This document shows, piece after piece, positions 44,976 through 54,966 of a DNA stretch of 64,000 bases. The DNA comes from Candidatus Beckwithbacteria bacterium (GTDB lineage Bacteria; Patescibacteriota; Microgenomatia; UBA1400; CG1-02-47-37). The position numbers and the translations under genes were made by a program. The stretch covers positions 150,062 through 214,061 of the forward strand of contig JAPLVF010000013.1 of assembly GCA_026397255.1 (NCBI GenBank), in the 5' to 3' direction. Position 1 is the first letter of the stretch; every line of letters starts with the position of its first letter. Below the pieces are notes generated by a model. That model made no database searches. It saw only the letters and a list, made by a program, of their open reading frames with translations, and was not told where the DNA came from.

Positions 44976-45883
44976 AAAGAATCCATTAATTGGGTTCGCA
45001 TTTTTAAGGCGCCTTTAAAGCCTTTGAGGTAAATCTTCAGAAAACGTTTCAGGGGATGAATCGGTTTAATTTCACCCCAGGTTTGCCGGTAAATTTCTAA
45101 ATGGCGTTGCCAGGCGGCGATTTTGTCTGTCTTAGTTTTGGGAGTTTGCACAGCATTAAAAATCCAGGGGTTTTTAAAAACTCCCCGGCCGATCATAATG
45201 CCGTCCACTCCGGTTTCCCTGATTCTTTGATAAGCAGTTTCCCGGGAAAAAATATCGCCGTTGCCGATAATTAAAGTTTTGGGGTTAAATTGGTTTTTTA
45301 AAGCCACAATTTTTTTAATTTCTTTCCAGTGAGCCGGGCCTGTTGACATTTTTTTGGTGGTACGGCAGTGGACGGAAACCGCCGCTAAGTCAAAATTGAG
45401 TAAAAATTTAAACCAAGGCTGGATATTGATGGTTTTATAGCCCAGGCGGGTTTTAACTGAAACCGGCAAACGACCCTTGGCGCCTTTAATCGTACTTTGA
45501 ATAATTTTTCCGGCTAAATCCGGATTGTCAATCAGGGCACCGCCGACGCCTTTTTTAACCACACTTGGTTCCGGACAGCCAAAGTTAATATCTATTCCGG
45601 CAAAACCAGCGCGAACGATAAAATCAGCGGCGGCGGCAAACAATTCCGGATCTAATCCCCATATTTGAGCAATCAATGGTTGTTCTTGAGAAGTGTAAGA
45701 TAAAAGTTGAGTGACGGTTTTGATGTCCGGCGAAAAAATGGCCTGGACATTGATAAATTCGGTGAACATTAAGTCCGGCCGGCCCAGTTCACAAAGCAAC
45801 TGGCGAAAAGCGGAGTCAGTCGCGCCAAACATCGGCGCCAGACAGAAAATTGGTTTAGGTAAAGTTTCCCAAATATTAACCAT
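44972..45883 (-). CDS. dus: tRNA-dihydrouridine synthase
   Basis: LAPM, IDINFGCP, VSVKTRLG, GNGDI, GIMIGRG. Confidence 0.93.
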   Translation of the reverse strand: MVNIWETLPKPIFCLAPMFGATDSAFRQLLCELGRPDLMFTEFINVQAIFSPDIKTVTQLLSYTSQEQPLIAQIWGLDPELFAAAADFIVRAGFAGIDINFGCPEPSVVKKGVGGALIDNPDLAGKIIQSTIKGAKGRLPVSVKTRLGYKTINIQPWFKFLLNFDLAAVSVHCRTTKKMSTGPAHWKEIKKIVALKNQFNPKTLIIGNGDIFSRETAYQRIRETGVDGIMIGRGVFKNPWIFNAVQTPKTKTDKIAAWQRHLEIYRQTWGEIKPIHPLKRFLKIYLKGFKGALKMRTQLMDSL

Positions 45884-45905
45884 TGGCTGATGATATAATT
45901 TTTTT

Positions 45906-46769
45906 ATGGATAAAGACAAATTCAGTGCGGTCTGGGTATCGCATTCGTCAATTTCCGATTGGCTGGCTTGCCCGCGGGCATATTATTTAAAAAATGTTTA
46001 CAAAGATCCGAAAACCGGGAGAAAAACGACCTTAATTAATCCGGCAATGGCCTTAGGACAGGCGGTCCACGAAGTGGTTGAAGGTTTGTCGGTATTATCA
46101 GTCGAGCGGAGATTTAGCCAATCTTTACTGGAAAAGCTGGAGGTCGTCTGGAAAAAAATCAGCGGGAAACGGGGCGGATTTTTAAACGAGAAAATTGAGG
46201 GTGAGTATAAACAACGGGGCCGAGAAATGCTCAAACGCGTAGAAACCAATCCCGGGGTGCTAAAAAATCTGGCAGTAAAAATTAAAATGGAACTACCCTA
46301 CTACTGGCTGTCGGAAAAAGACAATATTATTTTGTGCGGCAAAATCGACTGGCTGGAATACCTGAAAGAAACCGACAGTGTTCACATTATTGATTTTAAA
46401 ACCGGTAAAGATAATGAAAAAGCGGATTCACTGCAACTGCCAATTTATTATCTGCTGGCAACCAACACGCAAAAACGGCCGGTAACAAAAATGAGTTATT
46501 GGTACATTGATAGGGAAAACGAACCGGTAGAAAGAAAACTGCCGGACATTGATAAGGCCCGAGAGAAAATCCTGAAAATTGCCAAAGAGATGAAATTGGC
46601 CAGGCAACTGAACCGGTTTAAGTGCCCGACCAATGGTTGCCGGGAATGCAAGCCGATGGAGGCAATTATTAACGGTGAAGGTGAATTTGTGGGGAAAGAC
46701 GAAATCGGCCGAAGTGTGTATATTTTAACCAAATGTGAGAATCAAATCGGCAAAAGCGAGATTTTGTAA
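45906..46769 (+). CDS. PD-(D/E)XK nuclease, Cas4/AddB-like, probable Fe-S staple
   Basis: SHSSI...CP, GKID, IIDFKTG, QLPIY, C-terminal CxxxxCxxC. Confidence 0.85.
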   Translation: MDKDKFSAVWVSHSSISDWLACPRAYYLKNVYKDPKTGRKTTLINPAMALGQAVHEVVEGLSVLSVERRFSQSLLEKLEVVWKKISGKRGGFLNEKIEGEYKQRGREMLKRVETNPGVLKNLAVKIKMELPYYWLSEKDNIILCGKIDWLEYLKETDSVHIIDFKTGKDNEKADSLQLPIYYLLATNTQKRPVTKMSYWYIDRENEPVERKLPDIDKAREKILKIAKEMKLARQLNRFKCPTNGCRECKPMEAIINGEGEFVGKDEIGRSVYILTKCENQIGKSEIL

Positions 46770-46775
46770 AAATAC

Positions 46776-46801
46776 CTCTATCACATTCCGGGAATGTGAT
46801 T
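46776..46801 (-). repeat. REP palindrome, TTCC variant
   Basis: Identical to 7076-7101; just downstream of the rpsI stop. Confidence 0.9.
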
Positions 46802-46806
46802 GTATG

Positions 46807-47214
46807 TTACCTTTTTGGACTTTGCTTTTTGCGACGGGATTTGCCGCCCATGCCGATCATGCGGCGTTGACGCTCGCGGGGATCACGGGTAATAAAGCCT
46901 TTCTGGCGAAGCGGGGGTCTAAAATCCGGATTGGCCTTAACTAAGGCCCGGGCCAGACCGTGAATAACCGCGGTTAATTGGCTCATTTTGCCGGAACCGA
47001 GGACTTTGACAGTGACGTAATATTTATCCAAAACATCACAGGTCACCAATGGTTCCTGATAAAGCTTTTTTAAAACTGCGCCGGGAAAATATTTATCGAT
47101 GGGAAGATTATTGACTAACGTCTCCCCTTTTCCTTTAAACAGCCTGATGCGGCTGACCGCAGATTTTCTCCGACCGATAGCAAAAATATATTTAGGTGAT
47201 TTAACAGTTGTCAT
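46807..47214 (-). CDS. rpsI: 30S ribosomal protein S9
   Basis: GRRKSAVSR, TRDPRERQR, C-terminal KR. Confidence 0.97.
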   Translation of the reverse strand: MTTVKSPKYIFAIGRRKSAVSRIRLFKGKGETLVNNLPIDKYFPGAVLKKLYQEPLVTCDVLDKYYVTVKVLGSGKMSQLTAVIHGLARALVKANPDFRPPLRQKGFITRDPRERQRRMIGMGGKSRRKKQSPKR

Positions 47215-47217
47215 AAA

Positions 47218-47637
47218 TTAAACCTTTTTAAGTTTATCTTGATAAATATGCTGATCAGTTTTAAAAACTTTCAAACGGCAAAGGCGAGCATCGCGCAATT
47301 TGTTTTTCGGCAACATTTTGGAAACAGTCCAAAGTAACGCCTGACGGGAATCTTTTTTAAGCTGCTCACCAAAAGTGATAGATTGAAAACCGCCGGGATA
47401 ATTAGAATGGCGCCAATAAGTTTTTTGCAATAATTTTTTGCCGGTGACGCTAATTTTATCGCTGTTAATAACAACGACATAATCGCCGCAATCCAGCTGA
47501 GGGGTAAAATAAGGTTTGTTTTTGCCTAAAAGTTTTTGAGCAATAGCGGAAGCCAAGCGACCTAGAACTTGGTTGTCAGCATCAACTAAATGCCATTCAC
47601 GCTTAATATCAGTTTGTTTGGTGGCGTAGGTTTTCAT
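47218..47637 (-). CDS. rplM: 50S ribosomal protein L13
   Basis: [20 protein letters not shown]. Confidence 0.97.
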   Translation of the reverse strand: MKTYATKQTDIKREWHLVDADNQVLGRLASAIAQKLLGKNKPYFTPQLDCGDYVVVINSDKISVTGKKLLQKTYWRHSNYPGGFQSITFGEQLKKDSRQALLWTVSKMLPKNKLRDARLCRLKVFKTDQHIYQDKLKKV

Positions 47638-48029
47638 TTTTTCACCTCAGGTTTTTTCACTTCTTTTTTAATTTCTTTATCAATAAACTCAATCTGGGCG
47701 AGCATGGCGTTATCGCCGCGGCGAGTTCCGACTCTGACCAACTTGGTAAAACCACTGGTTCTGGTTTTTGTCCGGGGGGCAAGAATATCAACCAACTTGT
47801 GAACCGCCGGCTTGTAAGATAAAAAGGCCAATAGTTGGCGCCGGGCGGCTAAAGTGTCTTTTTTCGCCTGGGTCATCAACTTGTCCATTAGGCCGGCTAA
47901 AACTTTGGCTTTGGCAATCGTGGTGGTAATCTTTTCATGAATAATTAACGAATTAACCAATTGCCTAAACAAGGCTTGGCGTTGATTAGTGTTGCGGCCG
48001 AGCTTAGTCAATTTGTGACGATGTCTCAT
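47634..48029 (-). CDS. rplQ: 50S ribosomal protein L17
   Basis: [23 protein letters not shown]. Confidence 0.97.
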   Translation of the reverse strand: MRHRHKLTKLGRNTNQRQALFRQLVNSLIIHEKITTTIAKAKVLAGLMDKLMTQAKKDTLAARRQLLAFLSYKPAVHKLVDILAPRTKTRTSGFTKLVRVGTRRGDNAMLAQIEFIDKEIKKEVKKPEVKK

Positions 48030-48937
48030 TTCACTTCAACCCCTTTAGTTTTTAATTTTTTAAGAACAATGTCGACGGATTTGCCGCCCAGATTTTTCAC
48101 TTTGGCAATCGCTTCCTTGGTAGTGGAAGCTAAATCTTTGACGGTGACAAACCCGCCCTTTTTCAAGGCGTTGGCAATCCGGGTGGGTAAATCCAGCTCT
48201 TCAACTGATAATTTTAAGACTTCGTCGTCGCTGCTAACCACAGTAGCCACCGGTTCTTCGGCTTCAAAAACAGGTTTGATAATTTGGTTAAAGTGGCTAA
48301 TTAAAATTTTAGCAGCCGCTTCTAAGGCCTTTGAAGGCTTAATGGTAGCGTCTGTAAAAATCTCCATCACCAATTTATCAAGATCGGTGCGGCGACCCAC
48401 CCGGGCGGTTTCGATATTGTAGTTAACCCGAACAACCGGAGAAAAAGAAGCATCTAAAATAATTTCCGAGAGCTTCTTCGGCGCCCGGTCTTTTGCCGGC
48501 AGATAACCATAACCAGGACTAACTTCCAAGACAACGCTTAATTTGGTTTTTTTATCAGCCAAGGTGGCTAAAACCAAATCTTTATTGATAACTTTAACTC
48601 CGGCGGGAACGACAATGTCTCCGGCCTTAACTTTGGTCGGACCGCTAACAGTTAAATGGGCCTCAACCGGTTTATCGCCGGAGAATTCAAAACGGACCTG
48701 TTTTAAGTTTAACAAAAGCTCGACCACGTCTTCTTTCATACCGGACAAAGTGGTGAATTGATGGGTGATACCGTCAATAGTCACAGCCGTAATGGCGGCA
48801 CCGGGAAGGTTGGTTAGAAGAACCCGACGCAGGGCATTACCGACAGTTAAACCAAAACCTTTTTCCAGAGGAAAGAGTTCAAATTTGCCAAAATCTTTAG
48901 TTTCGGCTTGGGCAATGGTTTTAAAATTAACTTTCAT
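48026..48937 (-). CDS. rpoA: RNA polymerase alpha subunit
   Basis: PLEKGFGLTVGNALRRVLL, alpha-CTD NLGGKS. Confidence 0.97.
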   Translation of the reverse strand: MKVNFKTIAQAETKDFGKFELFPLEKGFGLTVGNALRRVLLTNLPGAAITAVTIDGITHQFTTLSGMKEDVVELLLNLKQVRFEFSGDKPVEAHLTVSGPTKVKAGDIVVPAGVKVINKDLVLATLADKKTKLSVVLEVSPGYGYLPAKDRAPKKLSEIILDASFSPVVRVNYNIETARVGRRTDLDKLVMEIFTDATIKPSKALEAAAKILISHFNQIIKPVFEAEEPVATVVSSDDEVLKLSVEELDLPTRIANALKKGGFVTVKDLASTTKEAIAKVKNLGGKSVDIVLKKLKTKGVEVK

Positions 48938-48949
48938 AAATGTCCTCCC

Positions 48950-48966
48950 CCCGACGTAACGTCGGG
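48950..48966. repeat. CCCGAC-N-GTCGGG hairpin between rpsD and rpoA
   Basis: CCCGACG-TAA-CGTCGGG, adjacent to the rpoA SD GGAGG. Confidence 0.55.
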
Positions 48967-48970
48967 ATAA

Positions 48971-49582
48971 TTATCTTGAGTAAAACTCAACTATTAATTG
49001 TTCTTGAATATTAACATCAATTTCTTCACGTTTGGGTAAACGGGAAAATTTAACCAGCACGGCCTTTTTTTCCAGCCAATGAGGCACATTAAGTTCTTTG
49101 TTTTCCAATAATTTGGCAATCTGGGGAATGCTGGCGGTTTTCGGGCTTAAGCTGACAACCTGACCAACTTTTATTAAGCAGGAGGGAATCGTAACCCGCT
49201 GGCCTTCAACCAAAGCGTGACCGTGGTTAACCAGCTGACGGGCCATTGCCCTCGTAGTGGCAAAGCCGGCGCGATAGACAATATTATCCAGACGGGACTC
49301 CAAAATCTGCAACAGTTTTTCGCCGGTAGCGGCTTGAGTTTTTCTAGCGACTTCGTAGTAACGGCGAAATTGGCGTTCGGAAACGTCATAAATCGCTCTT
49401 AATTTCTGTTTCTCTTTTAACTGGCCGGCATAATCGGAAGAGCGACGTCTCATCATTTTCCGACCGTGCATGCCGGGTTTATTAGGTTTTTTGGCTAAAA
49501 TTTTGTCAAATTTTTTGGAGCCGAAAATATTTTCGGAAAATTTTCTAACAATTTTGGCACGAGGCTGAATAGTTCTGGACAT
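48971..49582 (-). CDS. rpsD: 30S ribosomal protein S4
   Basis: QLKEKQK, LESRLDN, ARQLVNHGH, IVEFYSR. Confidence 0.97.
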   Translation of the reverse strand: MSRTIQPRAKIVRKFSENIFGSKKFDKILAKKPNKPGMHGRKMMRRRSSDYAGQLKEKQKLRAIYDVSERQFRRYYEVARKTQAATGEKLLQILESRLDNIVYRAGFATTRAMARQLVNHGHALVEGQRVTIPSCLIKVGQVVSLSPKTASIPQIAKLLENKELNVPHWLEKKAVLVKFSRLPKREEIDVNIQEQLIVEFYSR

Positions 49583-49587
49583 AAACT

Positions 49588-49956
49588 TTAACCGTGACGG
49601 CGCTTTTTAGGCCGGCAGCCGTTATGAGGCATGGGAGTAATGTCGGCAATCAGACCGACTTTAATTCCGCTGGCCTTAATCACTCCCAGAGCCGCGTCGC
49701 GGCCGGCACCCGGGCCTTTGATAAAAACCTGCATCGAGGTGACCCCGACTTCTTTAGCCGCTTTAACCACTTTGTCAATGGCGGTAGTGGCAGCAAAAGG
49801 GGTGGCTTTCCGGGCGCCTTTAAAACCGGAAGCGCCGGTGGAACCCCAGGAAATAACATTGCCGTTTAAGTCAGTTAAAGAAACTAAAGTATTATTAAAA
49901 GAAGCGGTAATGTAAAGCTTGGCAGATTTGATTTGGGGAAGTTCTTTTTTAGCCAT
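49588..49956 (-). CDS. rpsK: 30S ribosomal protein S11
   Basis: ASFNNT, KATPFAA, PHNGCRP. Confidence 0.97.
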   Translation of the reverse strand: MAKKELPQIKSAKLYITASFNNTLVSLTDLNGNVISWGSTGASGFKGARKATPFAATTAIDKVVKAAKEVGVTSMQVFIKGPGAGRDAALGVIKASGIKVGLIADITPMPHNGCRPKKRRHG

Positions 49957-49958
49957 AT

Positions 49959-50369
49959 TTATTTACTATCCTCTTTCTTGGCAGCCTCAACTTTAGCGGC
50001 CTCTTCTTTCTTAAGGGCGCCAACGGTCATCCGTTTACCGCGTTTAGTCCGGGCGTTGTGGCGGGTGCGCTGGCCGCGGGCCGGCAGGCGCATGCTGTGA
50101 CGCAAGCCGCGATAAGTACCAATCTGTTTTAAACGTTTGATATTCTCAGTAATTTGGCCGCGCAAAGAGCCTTCCACGGAAATCGTGTCAACGGCTTTTT
50201 GCAGGCGGGCAATTTCGTCGGAGTTTAAATCTTTGGCGCGCTTATTGGCATCAACATTGGCTAATTTAAGCAGTTTAGTGACATTGTGCCGGCCGACGCC
50301 AAAAAGATAACTCAAGGCAATTTCGATCCTTTTATTAGCGGGCAGGTCAATTCCGGAAATTCTGGGCAT
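49959..50369 (-). CDS. rpsM: 30S ribosomal protein S13
   Basis: YRGLRH, RGQRTRHNARTKRG. Confidence 0.97.
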   Translation of the reverse strand: MPRISGIDLPANKRIEIALSYLFGVGRHNVTKLLKLANVDANKRAKDLNSDEIARLQKAVDTISVEGSLRGQITENIKRLKQIGTYRGLRHSMRLPARGQRTRHNARTKRGKRMTVGALKKEEAAKVEAAKKEDSK

Positions 50370-50375
50370 ATATTT

Positions 50376-50489
50376 TTATCCCTGCCTTTGTTTGTGCCTT
50401 GGATTTGTACACAGCACATAAACCCGGCCTTTGCGCCGGACTATCTTACACTTTAAGCAACGTTTTTTAACTGAGGCTTGAACTTTCAT
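50376..50489 (-). CDS. rpmJ: 50S ribosomal protein L36 (not in ORF track)
   Basis: Manual translation [37 protein letters not shown]. Confidence 0.96.
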   Translation of the reverse strand: MKVQASVKKRCLKCKIVRRKGRVYVLCTNPRHKQRQG

Positions 50490-50707
50490 TTTTCTCGGTA
50501 GACAATCCGACCTTTAGTGGTGTCGTAAGGCGACTGCTCAAGACGGACTTTGTCACCAGGCAGAACGCGGATGTGATATAAACGCATCTTGCCGGCCAAA
50601 TGACAAAGAACAACTTTATCAGTCCCAGTCAATTTCACCCGAAAGGTGGCGTTGGGAAGAGATTCTAACACCTCTCCCTCAACTTCGATAATGTCTTTTG
50701 ACTCCAT
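50486..50707 (-). CDS. infA: Translation initiation factor IF-1
   Basis: [29 protein letters not shown]. Confidence 0.97.
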   Translation of the reverse strand: MESKDIIEVEGEVLESLPNATFRVKLTGTDKVVLCHLAGKMRLYHIRVLPGDKVRLEQSPYDTTKGRIVYREK

Positions 50708-50804
50708 TAATTAATTATAATAATAACAAAACTACCTCCACATCTTGCGAGGTAGTCTTTAATTTGTCAAGGAAACAGAGTGAATAATAACATGGGGTTG
50801 AGAA

Positions 50805-51374
50805 TTAGTCCAGTAGGAAAAAATTTAAGGCCTTTTCTAGTTCCTGGTGGAAAGCGGAGACAGAAGTTTCATTAACAATTAAATAATCGGCTAAAGCGAT
50901 CGGTTCGGCTTTATTGAGGTGTTTTAGCTCATCACAATCACGCTGTTTGGCTTGGATTTCCGTTAACGGCCGAACCGGACGGTTTTCCAGGCGCTGATAA
51001 CGGATTTCCGGACGGGCGTAAATCCCTAACAATTTTAATTGGGGAAACTTGGCTTTTAAATAAGTGTATTCTTCCCAGGAATAAAGGCCGTCGAGAACAA
51101 TACATTCCACTCCGGAGTGGAATGTTTCTTTAATGCGGGGCTCGAGCTTAATGGCATAGGCGGCCATGCCGAGTTCTTTTCTTAAGTTCTCGCGGTATTG
51201 ACGTTCGTTAGTTTCGGTTAAAGGGAGATTTTTGGCACGTAAGCCCCGATCGGTTTCGTCACCAAAACGTAAAACCGGATAGCCTTTGGTTTTAAAAAAA
51301 TCACAAGCCAAAGATTTTCCCGAACCGGCCATACCGACAACGGCAATAATTATTTGGTCTCGATCTCGCGGCAT
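50805..51374 (-). CDS. P-loop kinase, dephospho-CoA kinase-like / UPF0200-like
   Basis: GMAGSGKS, LDGLYSWEE, IALADYLIVN. Confidence 0.7.
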   Translation of the reverse strand: MPRDRDQIIIAVVGMAGSGKSLACDFFKTKGYPVLRFGDETDRGLRAKNLPLTETNERQYRENLRKELGMAAYAIKLEPRIKETFHSGVECIVLDGLYSWEEYTYLKAKFPQLKLLGIYARPEIRYQRLENRPVRPLTEIQAKQRDCDELKHLNKAEPIALADYLIVNETSVSAFHQELEKALNFFLLD

Positions 51375-51925
51375 ATATCCTCAAAAATTTTCTCGATCGT
51401 CTGCTCACCGTTAATTTTTCTTAATAAACCCTGCTCTTGGTAAAATTTTAAAACATCGGCTTCCTGGTCAGCATACATTTTTAAGCGGGTTTGAATCTTT
51501 TCCGGGCTGTCGTGTAAAGAACCGTCCGGATTGGTGCGTTTGCGGGCCAGAAGCCGTTTAATTGATTCGGCTTCGCTGACCTGAAGATAAAAGACAAAAT
51601 TGACGGTTTTGCCGTATTTTTCCAGTTTTTCGTTTAAAAAGACCGCCTGGCTGGAATTTCTGGGAAAGCCGTCAATAATAAAACCATTGGCCGCATCCGG
51701 CTCTTTCAGGCGGACTTTCCACAAAACAAACATTTCCGAATCGGCCACATAGTGGCCTTTTGATAACGATTCCCGGCAGATTTCACCCATGATTCCTTTG
51801 TCTTCGGCCGAATATTTTCTGACTAAATCGCCGGAACCAAGATAGGGCAACTTTAGCTTCTCAGCCAGCATTTTAGCCTGAGTACTTTTACCTGAACCTT
51901 CGGGACCGTAAAAGATAATAAACAT
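51350..51925 (-). CDS. adk: Adenylate kinase (short LID)
   Basis: GPEGSGKSTQ, DGFPR; position after secY; start probably MFIIF. Confidence 0.88.
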   Translation of the reverse strand: MFIIFYGPEGSGKSTQAKMLAEKLKLPYLGSGDLVRKYSAEDKGIMGEICRESLSKGHYVADSEMFVLWKVRLKEPDAANGFIIDGFPRNSSQAVFLNEKLEKYGKTVNFVFYLQVSEAESIKRLLARKRTNPDGSLHDSPEKIQTRLKMYADQEADVLKFYQEQGLLRKINGEQTIEKIFEDICREIETK

Positions 51926-51926
51926 A

Positions 51927-53213
51927 TTATAAGAACCCTTCATAATTTCTCATTAATAATTGAGATTCCAAGCTTTTAGAAACTTCCAAGATAACTGAGA
52001 CAACAATCAAGATGCCGGTGCCGCCGATGGTTAAAGTAGTAATCCCGGTTAGACCGCTGGCAATCGAAGGCAAGATGGCCACCAAACCCAAAAAGATAGC
52101 CCCGGCCAAAGTAATCCGGTTTAAGACCTGAGACAGATAGTCAGCGGTCGGCCGACCGGGACGAAGCCCGGGAATAAAGCCGCCGTATTTTTTAATATCG
52201 TCGGAAATTTTGTCCGGATTAAAGGTGACGGCAGTATAGAAATAGGTAAAACCGATGACTAAAAAGAAATAAATCAGGTGGTAAGGTAAACGGTTGGGGT
52301 CAAAAAAATTGACGAAGGCCCCGGCAAAACGGCTAAAAGGAAATTGAGGCAACTGCTGTAAATAACGACCGACAACGGAAGGCATCACTACTAAAGAAAC
52401 AGCAAAGATGATCGGGATAACGCCGGCCTGATTAACCCGTAAAGGCAGATAGGTGGTTTGACCGGATGCGGCAGTGGCCGAGGCATGGATCCGCCGGGCG
52501 TATTTTACCGGAATCTGGCGGACAGCTTCATTAACAAAAACAATGGCGGCAATAACAATTAAGCTCATGACCGTAAAAGTCACCACACTTAATAAATTAA
52601 GGGTTTGACTGATGGCCGATGTCTGCAACAAAGACACCGGCAGACGGCCGACAATGCCGGCGAAAATCAAGACCGAAATACCGTTGCCAATCCCATATTC
52701 GGTTAACAACTCCCCTAACCACATTAAGAAAATTGTGCCGCAAATCATGCTAAAAACCAGGTTAACTAAAGATAAGGGGCTGGAAATGGTTAAAATATGC
52801 TGATTTTTTAACAAAACGACCATACCCACAGACTGAATCGCCGATAAGGGAATGGTTAAAAGCCGGGTATATTGGTTAATTTTTTCGCGGCCATACTCGC
52901 CTTCTTTGGATAAAGCTTCTAATTTAGGGAAAAGAATGGTGGCTAGCTGTAAAACTATGGAAGCATTAATATATGGCCCTAAACCTAAAGCCATAATGGA
53001 AAAGTTGGCCAGGGTGCCGCCGGAAAAAATATCCAAAAGCCCTAACAGTTGGTTGGAGCCGAAAAGTTGTTTGAGAGCGCCGGGATTAACTCCGGGAACG
53101 GGAATGTGGGCCACAAAACGGAAAATAACAAAAATCAGCAAAGTAATTAAAAATTTACGGCGCAATTCGTGAAAACGCCACAATTTTTTAAGAGGGGCAA
53201 GAAAATTAGGCAT
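51927..53213 (-). CDS. secY: Preprotein translocase SecY
   Basis: [38 protein letters not shown]. Confidence 0.98.
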   Translation of the reverse strand: MPNFLAPLKKLWRFHELRRKFLITLLIFVIFRFVAHIPVPGVNPGALKQLFGSNQLLGLLDIFSGGTLANFSIMALGLGPYINASIVLQLATILFPKLEALSKEGEYGREKINQYTRLLTIPLSAIQSVGMVVLLKNQHILTISSPLSLVNLVFSMICGTIFLMWLGELLTEYGIGNGISVLIFAGIVGRLPVSLLQTSAISQTLNLLSVVTFTVMSLIVIAAIVFVNEAVRQIPVKYARRIHASATAASGQTTYLPLRVNQAGVIPIIFAVSLVVMPSVVGRYLQQLPQFPFSRFAGAFVNFFDPNRLPYHLIYFFLVIGFTYFYTAVTFNPDKISDDIKKYGGFIPGLRPGRPTADYLSQVLNRITLAGAIFLGLVAILPSIASGLTGITTLTIGGTGILIVVSVILEVSKSLESQLLMRNYEGFL

Positions 53214-53640
53214 TTAATTTCGCCACTTTTTTCGCAGCGGCCTTAGACATTGGCAAATCAATCTTCAAACGATGCTTAAGTTCACCTTCACCCAAGATTT
53301 TTACCGGTAAGCCAACCGCGTTTTTTGGTAATAAATTATATTTAATTAAAGTTTCGATGGTAACGACGGTGTTTTTAGGCAAAACATTTAAATCTTTAAG
53401 ATTAAAAATCAAGGATTTCTTAGAGAAAGACTTAAATCTTAACTTGCCCCGAAGCATCGGCGAGCGCCGAATCAAGCCTTTGCGCATTTTGGTGCCTTCA
53501 AAATACAAAGGGACTTTGCCGCGAACGTTGTCACCTTTGGCGCCGCGGCCGGTGGTATGCCCACCAGAACCGGAACCATAACCACGGCCAACCCGTTTTT
53601 TGGACTTGTCAACAATTTTAGGCAACTTAGATAATTCCAT
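53206..53640 (-). CDS. rplO: 50S ribosomal protein L15
   Basis: [19 protein letters not shown]. Confidence 0.95.
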   Translation of the reverse strand: MELSKLPKIVDKSKKRVGRGYGSGSGGHTTGRGAKGDNVRGKVPLYFEGTKMRKGLIRRSPMLRGKLRFKSFSKKSLIFNLKDLNVLPKNTVVTIETLIKYNLLPKNAVGLPVKILGEGELKHRLKIDLPMSKAAAKKVAKLNA

Positions 53641-53641
53641 A

Positions 53642-54085
53642 TTATTGCAATAGCTTTAATGCTTTAATTGTACAATAAACATTGGTCGCCTGGTTTTTTG
53701 TACCCAAAACCTTGCTGGAAACATTAGTGATGCCGGCGGCTTCCATCACCGCCCGAACAGCACCACCGGCAATGACCCCACTCCCGGGTGGGGCGGGTTT
53801 TAAGAGAATTTCGGCGGCCCCAAATTTAACCCGGATATCGTAAGGAATAGTGGTGCCTTTCATATTAACTTTAAAAAGGTTTTTCTTGGCGCGGCGGACG
53901 GCTTTTTTAATACCGGATAAAACATCCGGAGCCTTGCCTAAACCGACACCGACGCGGCCTTTTTTATCCCCAACAACCATTAAAATAGAAAAACCAATCT
54001 GATTGCCGCCTTTAGTTTTTTTGGAAACGCGGTTAATTTGAATGATTTTCTCTTCAAATTCTTTTTTTTCTTCGTATCTAGGCAT
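53642..54085 (-). CDS. rpsE: 30S ribosomal protein S5
   Basis: RVSKKTKGG, PAPPGSGVIAGG. Confidence 0.97.
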   Translation of the reverse strand: MPRYEEKKEFEEKIIQINRVSKKTKGGNQIGFSILMVVGDKKGRVGVGLGKAPDVLSGIKKAVRRAKKNLFKVNMKGTTIPYDIRVKFGAAEILLKPAPPGSGVIAGGAVRAVMEAAGITNVSSKVLGTKNQATNVYCTIKALKLLQ

Positions 54086-54086
54086 A

Positions 54087-54404
54087 TTAAAAATTTAAAC
54101 CTGCCTTTCTGGCTGCTTCGGCCAGGGCTTTAATCCGGCCGTGATATTGGTAGGGCCCGCGGTCAAAAACAACGGCTTTAATTTTTTTGGCCAGAGCGGT
54201 TTTGGCCAAGGTGGCACCAATAGAATCAGGGTCCGAACCGGAAGCGGCCGCCAAAGTGACGCCTTTATCATCATCAATAATTTGGGCGTAAAGATGTTTT
54301 AAGGAACGAAAAACCGTTAATCTTGGCCTTAAAGCAGTCCCTTTGGTCTTGGAACGAACCCGAACTATCCGGCCCATTTTCTGGTTGGAATAACGTTTAA
54401 TCAT
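54087..54404 (-). CDS. rplR: 50S ribosomal protein L18
   Basis: [21 protein letters not shown]. Confidence 0.97.
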   Translation of the reverse strand: MIKRYSNQKMGRIVRVRSKTKGTALRPRLTVFRSLKHLYAQIIDDDKGVTLAAASGSDPDSIGATLAKTALAKKIKAVVFDRGPYQYHGRIKALAEAARKAGLNF

Positions 54405-54411
54405 AATGTTT

Positions 54412-54963
54412 TTAGGTTGTGACCGCAGCTTTGGCGGCTTTGCCAGGTTTTAATTTAATAACTTCTCCTTGGTAACGAATGCCTTTCCCCTTATAAACAT
54501 CGGGGTGGCGGAATTTTTTGATGTTGGCGGCAACTTGACCAACTAAATACTTGTCCGGGCCAGAAACAACGATAAATTTATTTTCTTTAATTTCCAGTTT
54601 AATCCCGGCCGGCTGATGATAAATGATCGGATGGGAAAATCCTAAAGACAGTTCAATCCCCTCCGCTAACGGTTTAACCCGATAACCGGTACCCTGAATT
54701 TCCAAAGTTTTAGTAAAACCGACAGTGACGCCTAAAACCATGTTGGCAATAATGCTTCTGATTAAACCATGTAAGGCACTAACGTCAGTGGTTTTAGAAA
54801 TAGGACTACAAATAACCTGATTGTCTTTAATTTCGACTTTAATGCCGGCGGGAATCGCTTGAGACAGTTCGGCGGTAGCGGATTTAACGACGATCCGACC
54901 GGCCGCAATAGTGGCGGTAACTCCTTGAGGGATAGTAACTGGTTGGTTGCCGATTCTACTCAT
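54412..54963 (-). CDS. rplF: 50S ribosomal protein L6
   Basis: [19 protein letters not shown]. Confidence 0.97.
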   Translation of the reverse strand: MSRIGNQPVTIPQGVTATIAAGRIVVKSATAELSQAIPAGIKVEIKDNQVICSPISKTTDVSALHGLIRSIIANMVLGVTVGFTKTLEIQGTGYRVKPLAEGIELSLGFSHPIIYHQPAGIKLEIKENKFIVVSGPDKYLVGQVAANIKKFRHPDVYKGKGIRYQGEVIKLKPGKAAKAAVTT

Positions 54964-54966
54964 AAT

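Noticed and set aside
45906-46801. CRISPR-Cas system suggested by the Cas4-like nuclease and nearby palindrome
   Set aside because: No regularly spaced repeat-spacer array and no cas1/cas2 or effector genes in the window
53636-53645. Missing rpmD (L30) between rpsE and rplO
   Set aside because: Real, but an established CPR trait; used only as a taxonomic clue
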